This document shows positions 19,611 to 31,000 of a stretch of 32,000 nt of DNA, piece after piece (position 1 is the first letter of the stretch; each line of letters opens with the position of its first letter). Origin of the DNA: Bacillus subtilis subsp. subtilis str. 168. GTDB taxonomy: Bacteria > Bacillota > Bacilli > Bacillales > Bacillaceae. Location of the stretch: contig NC_000964.3 in assembly GCF_000009045.1 (NCBI RefSeq), forward strand, positions 3,570,001 to 3,602,000. The letters run 5' to 3'. The translations under genes were made by a program, and so were the position numbers. The notes under the pieces were generated by a model. It saw nothing but the letters and a program-made list of their open reading frames with translations, had not been told where the DNA came from and did not search any database.

Positions 19611-20363
19611 ATGAAAACACTGCGAACTCTATGTGTCCTGATGATTCTTTCAGGCGTTATTTTTTTCGGACTTAAAATAGATGCAAAAGATATAGATATT
19701 CCTTTTTTGAACAGCCTTAAAAAAGTGGTTTCTGATAGCGATACAGACTCAGCTGCGAATAGCAAAAAGGAGCTGAAGGGAAGCGCAAAACCGCTGGATG
19801 TCATCCTTTACAATCAAATGGACGCACCCCGGCTCTATAACGGCTGTGAAGTAACAAGCCTTGCGATGGTGCTGAATTATGCGGGATACGACGTGACAAA
19901 AAATACCCTGGCAAATCAGGTTGCCACAGTGCCTTTGACATACAGCAGCGGATTAAAGGGTGATCCGAATGACGGATTTGTCGGGGATATGGCGAATGGC
20001 CCTGGTCTCGGTGTCTACCATCGACCGATCTATCAGCTGGCGAAAACCTATGCGGGAGACAAAGTGTCTGATCTGACTGGAAAAAGTATTTCCGCTGTTT
20101 ATCAGCAGCTTGAAAAAGGCAATCCAGTTTGGGTTATTACGACAGCCAACTTTACGCCAGTTGACAACATGCAGACATGGAAAACGCCAAACGGAACGAT
20201 AGAAATTACGTACAGCGAACACAGCGTCGCCGTTACGGGATATGATGATAAATATGTGTATCTCAATGATCCGTATGGCTATAAAAACAGAAAAACCGAT
20301 AGAACAAGCTTTGAAAAAGCGTGGAAACAAATGGGCAGCCAGGCCGTGGTTATTCAAAAGTAA
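19611..20363 (+). CDS. yvpB: YvpB, exported/anchored C39-like (papain-like) peptidase family protein, 250 aa
   Basis: N-terminal hydrophobic segment MKTLRTLCVLMILSGVIFFG; LYNGCEVTSLAMVLNYAGYDV (Cys) and HSVAVTGYDDKYVYLNDPYG (His/Asp), typical of C39_2. RBS AAGGAG before ATG 19611; the ORF-track start is 30 codons upstream. Confidence 0.88.
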   Translation: MKTLRTLCVLMILSGVIFFGLKIDAKDIDIPFLNSLKKVVSDSDTDSAANSKKELKGSAKPLDVILYNQMDAPRLYNGCEVTSLAMVLNYAGYDVTKNTLANQVATVPLTYSSGLKGDPNDGFVGDMANGPGLGVYHRPIYQLAKTYAGDKVSDLTGKSISAVYQQLEKGNPVWVITTANFTPVDNMQTWKTPNGTIEITYSEHSVAVTGYDDKYVYLNDPYGYKNRKTDRTSFEKAWKQMGSQAVVIQK

Positions 20364-20602
20364 ACACCTGAAGCCTCACTATGCTCTATTCTGAGCAAAT
20401 ACGACAATATTCATGCTTTTTGTATCAATCGGTAAGATCGATTCATTTTCCATTTTTCACCCAAAATTGTCTTTACTTTCAGGCTGTCTGTTTTTATGAT
20501 TAAAGCAGATTCAGCCTTGCCCCGATCTATGCGAGAGAAGCCGGTGCAAGTCGCTGACGCTTCTCTTGCAAAAAATGAAAGATATCCGGGGAGGATTTAT
20601 CA

Positions 20603-21268
20603 TTGAAAAAAATCGTGTCTATCCTATTTATGTTCGGTTTGGTTATGGGTTTCAGCCAGTTTCAGCCATCAACCGTTTTTGCAGCTGACAAAGTGGTGCA
20701 CGAAACAATTATCGTACCAAAAAATACAACATATGACGGGAAAGGACAGCGGTTTGTGGCAGGGAAAGAATTAGGTGACGGAAGCCAGTCAGAAAACCAA
20801 GACCCTGTTTTTCGTGTGGAGGATGGAGCAACCCTGAAAAATGTGGTGCTTGGTGCACCTGCAGCTGATGGCGTGCACACTTATGGAAACGTTAACATTC
20901 AGAATGTGAAATGGGAAGATGTTGGTGAGGATGCGTTAACGGTGAAGAAGGAAGGAAAAGTGACGATCGACGGCGGTTCTGCTCAAAAAGCGTCAGATAA
21001 GATATTCCAAATCAATAAAGCCAGTACCTTCACAGTGAAAAATTTCACGGCGGATAATGGCGGGAAGTTCATTAGACAGCTTGGTGGTTCAACCTTCCAC
21101 GTTGATGTGATCATCGACAAGTGCACCATCACAAACATGAAGGAAGCGATATTCCGGACGGACAGCAAAACAAGCACGGTCAGAATGACAAATACACGCT
21201 ACTCTAATGTCGGTCAAAAATGGATTGGTGTTCAGCATATTTACGAAAACAACAACACTCAATTTTAA
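20603..21268 (+). CDS. pelC: Secreted pectate lyase C (family 3), 221 aa
   Basis: Signal peptide MKKIVSILFMFGLVMGFSQFQPSTVFA; GDGSQSENQDPVFRVEDGATLKNVVLGAPAADGVHTYG, typical of PL3. Confidence 0.92.
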   Translation: MKKIVSILFMFGLVMGFSQFQPSTVFAADKVVHETIIVPKNTTYDGKGQRFVAGKELGDGSQSENQDPVFRVEDGATLKNVVLGAPAADGVHTYGNVNIQNVKWEDVGEDALTVKKEGKVTIDGGSAQKASDKIFQINKASTFTVKNFTADNGGKFIRQLGGSTFHVDVIIDKCTITNMKEAIFRTDSKTSTVRMTNTRYSNVGQKWIGVQHIYENNNTQF

Positions 21269-21271
21269 CAA

Positions 21272-21306
21272 AAAAAGTCCGCTGATGTTATTCAGCGGAC
21301 TTTTTC
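21272..21306. terminator. Bidirectional terminator shared by convergent pelC and yvoF
   Basis: Perfect 14-bp inverted repeat AAAAAGTCCGCTGA (21272-21285)/TCAGCGGACTTTTT (21292-21305). Confidence 0.9.
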
Positions 21307-21806
21307 AATCTTTCTTGCATTTCTTCCTTCGTATAGATGATCCTCATCGGATTTCCGCCGACAAATGCCCCGTCAGGCACATCCTTATGGACAAGCGTTC
21401 CGGCGGACACAACTGCGCCATCTCCTATTTTCACCCCGGGCAGAATGGTCGTGTTGGCACCAATCATCACTTCGTCCCCGATCAGAACTTTGCCGATCCG
21501 GTATTCGTGAATCAAATACTCATGGGCCAGAATGGTCGTATTGTACCCGATGATTGTATTTGTTCCGACTGAGATCTTTTCCGGAAACATGATATCTGGC
21601 ATCACCATGAGGGCAAAGGATGTCTGTTTTCCAACCTTCATCCGCAGAAATGTGCGGTACAGCCAGTTTTTCATCCCTATAAACGGCGTATATCTCGCAA
21701 TTTGAATGACAATGAAATTTTTGACGACCTTTAAAAAAGGTACCGTTTGATAGACATGCCACAGTGAGTTGGCCCCCGAGACCGGATGACGATCTGTTTT
21801 TCTCAC
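21288..21806 (-). CDS. yvoF: Acyltransferase with left-handed beta-helix hexapeptide repeats, YvoF, 172 aa
   Basis: ISVGTNTIIGYNTTILAHEYLI...IGDEVMIGANTTILPGVKIGDGAVVSAGTLV. Confidence 0.9.
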   Translation of the reverse strand: MRKTDRHPVSGANSLWHVYQTVPFLKVVKNFIVIQIARYTPFIGMKNWLYRTFLRMKVGKQTSFALMVMPDIMFPEKISVGTNTIIGYNTTILAHEYLIHEYRIGKVLIGDEVMIGANTTILPGVKIGDGAVVSAGTLVHKDVPDGAFVGGNPMRIIYTKEEMQERLKKSAE

Positions 21807-21809
21807 AGA

Positions 21810-22460
21810 TTACTTCACTCCAACGATTTGTAATAGATCACTCATTTTCTCAAGCATAAAATCCGGCTCATGCTTCGCCAGCATTTCCGGCCCTTTAATC
21901 GTCCATGCGACTCCTGCCGTTTTTGTACCGGCGTTTTTCCCTGCCAGCACATCATGGTAATTATCACCGACCATAATGGCTTCCGCCGGCTCGCTTCCTA
22001 GCTGTTTCAGCGCTAACAGCACAGGCTCGGGATCAGGCTTTGCATTCGTCACATCATCAAGGGTGACAACTGTTTCAAAGAATTCGCCGATTCCCGTGAG
22101 CTTGAGGCCCATATTGACAGTATCTCTTAATTTTGTTGTCACAATTCCTAATGTAAAGCCGGCTTTTTTTAATGCATCCAGGGTCTCATATACCGTTTCA
22201 TATTCAGTGACGAGTGAATCATGCATGTCATGATTGTACGCTCTGTACATAGCGATCATATCCTCGCATTTATCAGGGTCCATCGAAGAGAACGTATCAA
22301 AAAGAGACGGCCCGATAAATGCAAGGACATCTTCTCGTTTATACTTGCTCGGATAATAATGCTCCAGTGTATGCAAAAAGGACGCGATAATTAATTCATT
22401 CGTATTAATAAGCGTTCCGTCTAAATCAAACAGAATCGTCGTTACTTGTTTGTCACTCAT
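21810..22460 (-). CDS. ppaX: Pyrophosphatase PpaX (HAD family), 216 aa
   Basis: [44 protein letters not shown]; cluster with hprK. The internal Met at 22460 gives the expected length. Confidence 0.94.
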
Positions 22461-23395
22461 ATTGCTTCCTTTCCAACCGCTGAGGGTTTCCATTTTTTCC
22501 ACGTGTGCGCAATAGCCATTGTCAGCAGAACTGCTGTGGTGACACGAATCAAAAGAAGCGGCCAGACCGGTATGCCAAGCGGAATAAAGACAAGTGTATC
22601 TTCCACGACCGCGTGGCAGGCAACGAGAAATATAAATGCCAATGTCATGTCCCGCTTGCTCACGCCGTCATCCTCGACAGCTTTGATCATGACACCCGCT
22701 CCGTAGGCCAGACCAATCGTCAGTCCCGTCACCATCGTCATAGACGTATTTTTATTCATGCCAAGCAGCTGCGTAAACGGCGACAGCCACCTGGAAAACC
22801 GATAAAGCCAGCCTAAATCTCTTAAAAACTGGATGATAATCATCAGCGGGATCACTATTGCCGCCAGCTGCAAAACACCAAGTCCGGCTTTCGTTAATGC
22901 TTCTGCCAACATTCCTAGCCAGCTGTCTGGCGCCGCGCTCTTCGCAGCGATAAAACCGTACTGCGCCGTTTCCTTTCCGCCATGCCAAATGAGGTTGATG
23001 ACGATGGCTGACACAGCGGCCAAACCGATGCGCACGGCCAATATGACGCCAATTCTGATACCAACCTTTGCGGCAACTGTCGATTCGATAATCAAGTTAT
23101 GACAGAAAGAAAGCATAACAGCTAAAATAAAGACTTCTTTCACAGATAAATCCAATGTTAAAATCCCGGCAATTCCCGCATACAGATTCAGCATATTTCC
23201 CAGTACAAGCGGAATGGCCGCTTCACCAGAAAGCCCGAAGAGACCCATTACCGGTGTGATCAGCCGTACAAGCCAATCCATGACAGGGGTATGCTGGAGC
23301 AAAGTGACCAATAGCGTTACCGGGAAAATCACTTTACCCAGCGTCCATGTTGTTTGAAAACCTGCTGCAAGACCGGCCAGAAAGATCTTCTTCAT
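22457..23395 (-). CDS. yvoD: Membrane protein YvoD with nucleoside recognition/Gate domains, 312 aa
   Basis: Multiple TM segments; [22 protein letters not shown] and [21 protein letters not shown]; located between ppaX and lgt. Confidence 0.85.
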
Positions 23396-23418
23396 CCCTC
23401 ATCCCCCTTTGTTGACGT

Positions 23419-24228
23419 CTACTCCGCGTACCGCTCCTTCGAGTATCCCTTGACGCGTCTGAAGATGATGGCTGCCACAGCCAAAACAATCAATACGATT
23501 GAAATCACCTGAGCGATGCGAAGTGAATCAGTCAGCATTAAGCTGTCAGTCCGCATTCCTTCAATAAAGTATCTTCCGATTGAATACCAAATGATATAGA
23601 TCAAGAACATCTCGCCTCTACGCAAATTCGCTCTGCGCAGCAGCAGTAAAACAATGACGCCGACAAAGCTCCATAGTGATTCATATAAAAAAGTAGGATG
23701 ATAATATTGCCCATTGATATACATTTGATTGATGATAAATTCAGGCAGGTGCAGGTTTTCTAAAAAGGCTCTGCTGACAGCCTCGCCGTGCGCTTCCTGA
23801 TTCATGAAGTTCCCCCAGCGGCCGATCGCCTGGCCGAGCAAAATGCTGGGCGCGGCAATATCCGCAAGCTTCCAGAACGAAAGGTTTTTCACTCTCGAAA
23901 ACACATAACCCGTTAAAATGGCGCCGATTAATCCGCCATGAATGGCAATGCCGCCCTTCCAAATCTTAATGATTTCTCCCGGATGTGCCGCATAATAGTC
24001 CCATTCAAAGGCAACATAATAAATTCGTGCGCAAATAATCGCAATTGGAATGGCAAACAGGACAAGATCAATAAACGTATCTTTCTGCAGCCCCCGTTTT
24101 TCACTTTCCCTCATCGCTATCCACAGCCCGAGCAAAGCGCCGAGACCGATAATGATTCCGTACCAGTGGACGGCTAACGGCCCCAGCTGAAATGCTATCG
24201 GATTGAGTGGTTCTATCGCTTCATTCAT
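23419..24228 (-). CDS. lgt: Prolipoprotein diacylglyceryl transferase, 269 aa
   Basis: Lgt signatures HGGLIGA and [13 protein letters not shown], then [11 protein letters not shown]. Confidence 0.96.
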
Positions 24229-24241
24229 TTAACGCCAACTC

Positions 24242-25174
24242 CTATTCTTCTTGTTCACCGTCTTCAATGACGTCCGCCAGCTTGTTGGTAAATTGTTCAG
24301 CGGCATTCAGCCCCATCCGCTTCAATCTGAAGTTCATTGCTGCCACTTCGATGATGACTGCAAGATTTCGGCCTGGGCGGACGGGAATCGTCAGTTTTGT
24401 AATTTCTGTATCAATGATTTTCATGGTCTCTTCCTCAAGTCCGAGCCGGTCGTATTGCTTGCCCTGCTCCCAGAGTTCAAGATTCATGACAATCGTGATT
24501 CGTTTATTGCTTCTGACCGCGCCAGCGCCAAATAGCGTCATCACATTGATAATGCCAAGGCCCCTGATCTCAAGAAGGTGCTCAATTAATTCCGGAGCGT
24601 TTCCCACAAGAGTATCCTGATCCTCCTGCCGTATTTCAACGCAATCATCGGCAACAAGGCGATGCCCTCTTTTCACAAGCTCTAGCGCTGTTTCGCTTTT
24701 TCCGACGCCGCTTTTTCCTGTGATCAGCACGCCGACACCATATATATCGACAAGAACGCCATGAATTGCTGTGGTAGGCGCCAGCCTGCTCTCAAGGAAG
24801 TTGGTTAAACGGCTTGACAGTCTTGTCGTTTTCAGCGGCGATCTGAGGACAGGCACCCCATTTTTCTCGGAGGCGTCAATCAGCTCCTGCGGGATGGGCA
24901 TATCTCTAGAAAGAATAATAGCTGGTGTTACATCAGTGCACAGAGAATCCATTCGCTGCTTTTTCTCCTCTTCAGGAAGCTGTTCAAAGAAAGAAAGCTC
25001 TGTTTTTCCGAGAAGCTGCACGCGCTCCCTCGGGTAATATGTAAAATATCCGGCAATTTCAATACCTGGTCTTGATAGGTCACTCATTGTAATCGGGCGG
25101 TTAATTCCTTCTTCTCCGCTGATTAATTCCAAATTGAACTGTTCCATTACGTCTTTTGTGCGAACCTTTGCCAC
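24242..25174 (-). CDS. hprK: HPr kinase/phosphorylase, 310 aa
   Basis: Walker [18 protein letters not shown], signature [19 protein letters not shown]. Confidence 0.97.
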   Translation of the reverse strand: MAKVRTKDVMEQFNLELISGEEGINRPITMSDLSRPGIEIAGYFTYYPRERVQLLGKTELSFFEQLPEEEKKQRMDSLCTDVTPAIILSRDMPIPQELIDASEKNGVPVLRSPLKTTRLSSRLTNFLESRLAPTTAIHGVLVDIYGVGVLITGKSGVGKSETALELVKRGHRLVADDCVEIRQEDQDTLVGNAPELIEHLLEIRGLGIINVMTLFGAGAVRSNKRITIVMNLELWEQGKQYDRLGLEEETMKIIDTEITKLTIPVRPGRNLAVIIEVAAMNFRLKRMGLNAAEQFTNKLADVIEDGEQEE

Positions 25175-25286
25175 GATATGTTCCTCCTGTTCCGGGCTGC
25201 CCCGAGCTTGCTCACAATACTTTCATTTTATCACTTTCGGGCTTGAACCTAAAACAGATTTTATAAAAGGGGGGAAAACACCTCAG

Positions 25287-25307
25287 CTGGTCTAGATCAC
25301 TAGTCTG
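25287..25307. promoter_or_regulatory. Candidate NagR (YvoA) operator, dre site, upstream of nagA
   Basis: CTGGTCTAGATCACTAGTCTG resembles dre-type GntR/HutC operators (GGTCTAGA... core); 49 bp before the nagA start. Confidence 0.7.
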
Positions 25308-25355
25308 AAAAAGAGTAAAATAAAGGTATTCAAATTCCAGAAAGGCGGATCATCT

Positions 25356-26546
25356 ATGGCAGAGAGTCTTCTTATCAAAGACATTGCGATCGTGACAGAA
25401 AATGAAGTAATCAAAAACGGCTATGTCGGAATCAATGACGGAAAAATCAGCACAGTTTCAACAGAACGGCCCAAGGAGCCATATTCAAAAGAGATTCAAG
25501 CACCTGCGGATTCCGTTTTGCTTCCCGGCATGATTGACATTCATATCCACGGCGGCTATGGCGCAGATACAATGGATGCTAGCTTTTCCACGCTCGACAT
25601 CATGTCGTCAAGACTGCCCGAAGAAGGCACGACGAGCTTTTTAGCCACAACGATTACCCAAGAGCATGGGAACATTTCTCAAGCTTTGGTGAACGCAAGA
25701 GAGTGGAAAGCGGCTGAAGAGTCCTCTTTATTAGGTGCAGAACTGCTCGGCATTCATTTAGAGGGCCCCTTTGTTTCGCCTAAAAGAGCCGGAGCGCAGC
25801 CAAAGGAGTGGATTAGGCCTTCGGATGTTGAGCTTTTCAAAAAGTGGCAGCAGGAGGCGGGCGGACTGATCAAAATTGTTACACTTGCGCCGGAGGAGGA
25901 TCAGCATTTTGAACTGATCCGCCATTTGAAAGACGAATCGATTATCGCATCCATGGGGCACACGGATGCCGATTCCGCATTGCTGTCGGATGCCGCAAAA
26001 GCAGGGGCGAGCCATATGACTCATCTGTACAACGCGATGAGCCCGTTTCATCACCGAGAGCCCGGAGTGATCGGAACGGCGCTGGCCCATGATGGGTTTG
26101 TGACAGAGCTTATCGCCGATGGCATTCACTCCCATCCTTTAGCTGCAAAGCTTGCTTTTTTGGCGAAAGGCAGCAGCAAGCTCATTTTAATTACCGATTC
26201 CATGAGGGCAAAAGGACTGAAAGACGGCGTATATGAGTTCGGCGGCCAAAGTGTGACGGTAAGAGGACGAACAGCACTTCTTTCAGACGGAACCCTTGCC
26301 GGTTCGATCCTCAAAATGAACGAAGGCGCACGGCATATGCGTGAGTTTACAAATTGCTCTTGGACGGATATAGCTAATATAACTTCTGAAAACGCGGCCA
26401 AACAGCTGGGCATCTTTGACCGAAAAGGCAGTGTGACTGTGGGAAAAGATGCAGATTTGGTGATTGTCAGCAGTGATTGCGAGGTGATTCTCACCATTTG
26501 CCGCGGAAACATTGCATTTATATCCAAGGAGGCTGACCAGATATGA
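25356..26546 (+). CDS. nagA: N-acetylglucosamine-6-phosphate deacetylase, 396 aa
   Basis: GMIDIHIHGGYGADTMD, HLEGPFVSPKRAGAQ, SMGHTDAD, LITDSMRAKGLKDG. Confidence 0.96.
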   Translation: MAESLLIKDIAIVTENEVIKNGYVGINDGKISTVSTERPKEPYSKEIQAPADSVLLPGMIDIHIHGGYGADTMDASFSTLDIMSSRLPEEGTTSFLATTITQEHGNISQALVNAREWKAAEESSLLGAELLGIHLEGPFVSPKRAGAQPKEWIRPSDVELFKKWQQEAGGLIKIVTLAPEEDQHFELIRHLKDESIIASMGHTDADSALLSDAAKAGASHMTHLYNAMSPFHHREPGVIGTALAHDGFVTELIADGIHSHPLAAKLAFLAKGSSKLILITDSMRAKGLKDGVYEFGGQSVTVRGRTALLSDGTLAGSILKMNEGARHMREFTNCSWTDIANITSENAAKQLGIFDRKGSVTVGKDADLVIVSSDCEVILTICRGNIAFISKEADQI

Positions 26547-27271
26547 AAGTAATGGAATGTCAAACGTATGAAGAGCTAAGCCAAATAGCAGCCAGAATAA
26601 CGGCAGATACAATCAAAGAAAAACCTGATGCTGTTCTCGGTTTAGCGACGGGCGGCACACCGGAAGGCACGTATCGCCAGCTGATCCGCCTGCACCAAAC
26701 TGAGAATCTCTCATTTCAAAACATCACTACAGTTAATTTGGATGAGTACGCCGGACTTTCAAGCGATGACCCGAACAGCTATCACTTCTATATGAACGAC
26801 CGTTTTTTTCAGCATATCGACAGCAAGCCTAGCCGGCATTTTATTCCGAATGGAAATGCAGACGATTTGGAGGCCGAATGCAGACGGTATGAACAGCTAG
26901 TCGATTCCCTCGGCGACACTGACATTCAGCTTCTCGGCATCGGCCGAAACGGACACATCGGCTTTAACGAACCGGGAACGTCTTTCAAGTCGCGAACTCA
27001 TGTTGTGACATTAAATGAGCAAACCCGCCAAGCGAATGCCAGATATTTTCCCTCCATAGACAGCGTGCCGAAAAAAGCACTGACAATGGGAATTCAAACG
27101 ATACTCTCAAGCAAGCGCATTCTGCTGCTTATTTCTGGAAAAAGCAAAGCGGAAGCTGTTCGTAAGCTGTTAGAAGGAAACATAAGCGAAGATTTTCCCG
27201 CATCTGCTTTGCACCTGCATTCCGATGTTACGGTTTTGATTGATCGTGAAGCCGCGTCATTAAGACCTTGA
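26543..27271 (+). CDS. nagB: Glucosamine-6-phosphate deaminase, 242 aa
   Basis: VLGLATGGTPEGTY, NLDEYAGLSSDDPNSYHFYM, LLGIGRNGHIGFNEPG. Confidence 0.96.
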   Translation: MKVMECQTYEELSQIAARITADTIKEKPDAVLGLATGGTPEGTYRQLIRLHQTENLSFQNITTVNLDEYAGLSSDDPNSYHFYMNDRFFQHIDSKPSRHFIPNGNADDLEAECRRYEQLVDSLGDTDIQLLGIGRNGHIGFNEPGTSFKSRTHVVTLNEQTRQANARYFPSIDSVPKKALTMGIQTILSSKRILLLISGKSKAEAVRKLLEGNISEDFPASALHLHSDVTVLIDREAASLRP

Positions 27272-27288
27272 AAGGAACATGCTGACTT

Positions 27289-28020
27289 ATGAATATCAAT
27301 AAACAATCGCCTATTCCGATTTACTATCAGATTATGGAGCAATTAAAAACCCAAATTAAGAACGGAGAGCTGCAGCCGGATATGCCTCTTCCTTCTGAGC
27401 GCGAATATGCCGAACAATTCGGGATCAGCCGGATGACAGTTCGCCAGGCGCTTTCTAATTTAGTTAATGAAGGCTTGCTCTATCGCCTGAAAGGGCGGGG
27501 CACCTTTGTCAGCAAGCCAAAAATGGAACAAGCACTTCAAGGGCTGACAAGCTTTACCGAGGATATGAAAAGCCGCGGGATGACACCGGGCAGCAGGCTC
27601 ATTGATTATCAGCTTATTGATTCAACTGAGGAGCTCGCGGCTATATTAGGCTGCGGGCACCCCTCCTCTATCCATAAAATCACTCGGGTGCGGCTGGCAA
27701 ATGATATTCCGATGGCGATTGAGTCCTCACATATTCCGTTTGAGCTTGCGGGTGAATTGAACGAATCGCATTTTCAGTCGTCGATCTATGATCATATTGA
27801 AAGGTACAACAGCATACCGATTTCCCGTGCAAAACAGGAGCTTGAGCCAAGCGCTGCCACCACGGAAGAAGCGAATATTCTTGGTATTCAAAAGGGAGCG
27901 CCTGTCCTATTAATTAAACGAACAACATATCTGCAGAACGGAACTGCTTTTGAGCATGCAAAATCCGTATACAGAGGCGACCGTTATACATTTGTCCACT
28001 ATATGGATCGTCTTTCATAA
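27289..28020 (+). CDS. nagR: GntR/HutC-family repressor NagR (YvoA), 243 aa
   Basis: HTH PLPSEREYAEQFGISRMTVRQALSNLVNEGLLYRLKGRGTFV plus a C-terminal UTRA domain; follows nagAB. Confidence 0.95.
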   Translation: MNINKQSPIPIYYQIMEQLKTQIKNGELQPDMPLPSEREYAEQFGISRMTVRQALSNLVNEGLLYRLKGRGTFVSKPKMEQALQGLTSFTEDMKSRGMTPGSRLIDYQLIDSTEELAAILGCGHPSSIHKITRVRLANDIPMAIESSHIPFELAGELNESHFQSSIYDHIERYNSIPISRAKQELEPSAATTEEANILGIQKGAPVLLIKRTTYLQNGTAFEHAKSVYRGDRYTFVHYMDRLS

Positions 28021-28054
28021 AAAAAGCCTCCAACCCTTTTTAAGGATTGGAGAC
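28020..28054. terminator. Terminator between convergent nagR and yvnB
   Basis: CTCCAACCCTTTTTAAGGATTGGAG hairpin, with AAAAAAAG flank giving a T tract on the minus strand. Confidence 0.7.
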
Positions 28055-31000
28055 ATGGCGAAAATCAAACTGGTCTGGTGCCGGACGATATGTTTCTTTT
28101 TTCGTCTTGAACTTCCAGATCGGTGATTTCGTTTTGCCGTTAAAACTGTCTTCCACTATAATGTACCAATAATAAACAGACTGCGGTTCAAGATGATCCC
28201 AGCGGAATTCAGCTGTGTCCCCGCTCTTCACTTGCTCCCGTTTTCCGAGCTCTTCATTGGTATATACGTTACATTCAAAATAATCGGTTTCCACCTTTTT
28301 GATTCTTGGCTTCAAATCAAGCGAAAGGGAAAATTCATCCTTGTTGCCATAGGTATCCGTATCATAGTAGTTCTTATCCTTTACATACGGAGAGTACGTC
28401 GATACGTGCACCATGTCATTGGCTTGGTCAAATTGAAGCAAACGCAAATACCCTTGGCCGCCTTCTGGCCCGCCCTGATAATCGGCCAGCATTTGATGCA
28501 CAAGACGATCCGGTTTCCCATCACCATCATCATCCAGCTCATCTGTTTTTCTCATCGCACTATGATAATGCCCGCTCAACACCATCACGACATTCGGGTT
28601 CGGCTTTACGATTTCTTTGAATATTTTCTCTCCGATTGGGCTTCTGTTTCCGCTGACCAGCAAATACTCATGAAAAGCTAAAATGGCCATCCGGTCAGGA
28701 TGCTTCTTCAGCACCTGATTCATCCACGCGATGTCTTCATCCGTAATGCCCCATCCCATGTACAGCATGATATAATCATTGCCGTTGCTAGAAATCAGGT
28801 CATAATGTCCGCGGTTATTTTTATAGGAACCGCCATAATGAAATTTTTTATCAAAACGATCGCTGCCAAAATATTTGCCAAACGCCCTGTAGGAGCCGTC
28901 CTTATGTCCGACATCGTGATTGCCGGCCAGCACGCCGTAAGGAATTCCGCTCTTATCCAGAACGGACATTGACCGATCAGCGTTTTTCCACTGTCTGATA
29001 TCGGCGGAATCATCTACAATATCACCCGTGTGGAACACATATTTGATATTGAGCTGCTTTTGATTATCTTTTATCCATTCGGTCTGTTTATCAAAAATAT
29101 GCGGATAGCTTTCGGCGTAATACTGTGTATCAGACATCCAGACAAATGTGTACATATCCTTCGCAGGAGGAATTTCATCCTGTACAATCACATTCATTTT
29201 CGACTCCCGTACAAAATCGGCGGCAATCACAGACGCTTTCAGCGTAAACGGTTTGTCATCCTTCGCGACGAAGCTGTCAACAGGCTGCCATTCGTTTGTC
29301 CGATAATTCCAAGCATACATCGTCACCTTTCTCCCCGGCAAAGAACTGCCCTTCCAGACTGATTCTGCCAGATCATTCTCATCAATTGATGGATCAACCG
29401 TCACTTCAAAGCGATGATAAGGGAAAAGCTCTTTGTTTTCTGTCGATACTGTTTTTCCATCAGCAGCTGATACCCGCTCCAATTCTTTATTCGTAAATGG
29501 GGTCTCCCTTTCCGGCACAAAGCTTTTCGGCGGTTCAGTCAGTGACGCGTGCTTAAATATTTTCACATGATTGCGCGCTGTATATTGAAATCCCCTATAA
29601 AAACCAACATCCATGGCATCATTCGTCGGATCTTTCACCCGTACAGAAAGCTTGGCCTTATGCGTGTCGGCTTCGCTGTCTATAACCTCCGGCTGGTCCG
29701 GATGCTCTCGTTCGGTTTTAAATATCCTCTCAATCACTGTTTTATTGCCCGCGAGATCCGTTGCTGTCACTTTTAGAGAATGTTTTCCCGGCAAAAGGTC
29801 AGAAGATGACGTATGATATGGGAGTGTAATGCTTTCTCCATCTAACGACGCCTCCGCTTCCTCAATTCTGCTCCATTTATCATACATATCCGCCTGCAGG
29901 ATAAGGTTTCCTTTATACGTTTGCCCCTCGGTGATATTCGGCTCAATGTGAGGTCCTGAATTATCTACCCGTACAACCAGGCTGACATTTTCCTTCCCGT
30001 CGCTTGCTTGAATATGGTGAGCGCCTTCAGAAAGCTTTGATGTATCCCACTCCAGCAGCTGTGATGTAAATAGTCCGTCAGGCAGATTGAACTGAAATTG
30101 CCAGCTTTTATTCGAGCGCTGATTATCGCCAATAAAGAGTTCCTTCTCAGGAGACACCCTCTGATCTCTGATCACCGTTCCATCCGATAACACCAATCGG
30201 GCGTTTTTGACTAAGAAGTCATCACGGTTTTCAGCCGTATCAAACGGAGACACCTTCGAACCTGAACGTATCGTAATACGCTGCAGCTGCTTCCCTTTCC
30301 GAAGCAGTGTCTCTGGCAATGGAACAGAATAGGTGCGGTATTTATTTGTTGTATCATCGAACACCTTCAGCACTTTGCCTTCCATCGTTACCGCGTTTTT
30401 AAAATAAAGGTTCGTTTTCCTCGTATCGAATGCAAAATATACTTCTTTTTCCATCGCGGGCTCTGTCACTTGTTTTTTCCCGTCAATCCATAGCTTAATG
30501 CTGTCAGCTCGCCCTTCTGTCGTGGCTTTGAGAAATTGAGTTCCCGACAGCGTGTCTCTGTTTTCAATATTCATCCGCAGACCGTGCGCCTTGCTTGTTT
30601 GTTTAATATCAATCATTTTGACCGGCGTTCTCGCTTCATTGATCCCGTCCCCGGCCGCCACATAATACTCTAGCTGATCCTTCCCGATCAATTCAGGCGA
30701 ATACACAATATAATGGAAGAGATTATCGTTGCGGTCTTTTTCAGCAAGAATTCGCTTAAACGGTTTGTTCTCATCCGTCCGGTAGTAAAAGGCCACTGTT
30801 TTCACTAGGCTTCGGTCCCGTATGTCAGCCCGCAGCTCAATGCTTTCAGCAGGGCGGACAGGCTTGCGGTCAGTCAAATCCTCAATGACCGGCTTTTCTT
30901 TATCGAGCTTGATTTTCCGTTTCTGGTCGGGCACCTGTGCCTGTAATACGGTTCCGGGAGACGGATTCTTTTCCCCGATTGAAATGTTCAGAAGTTCTGC

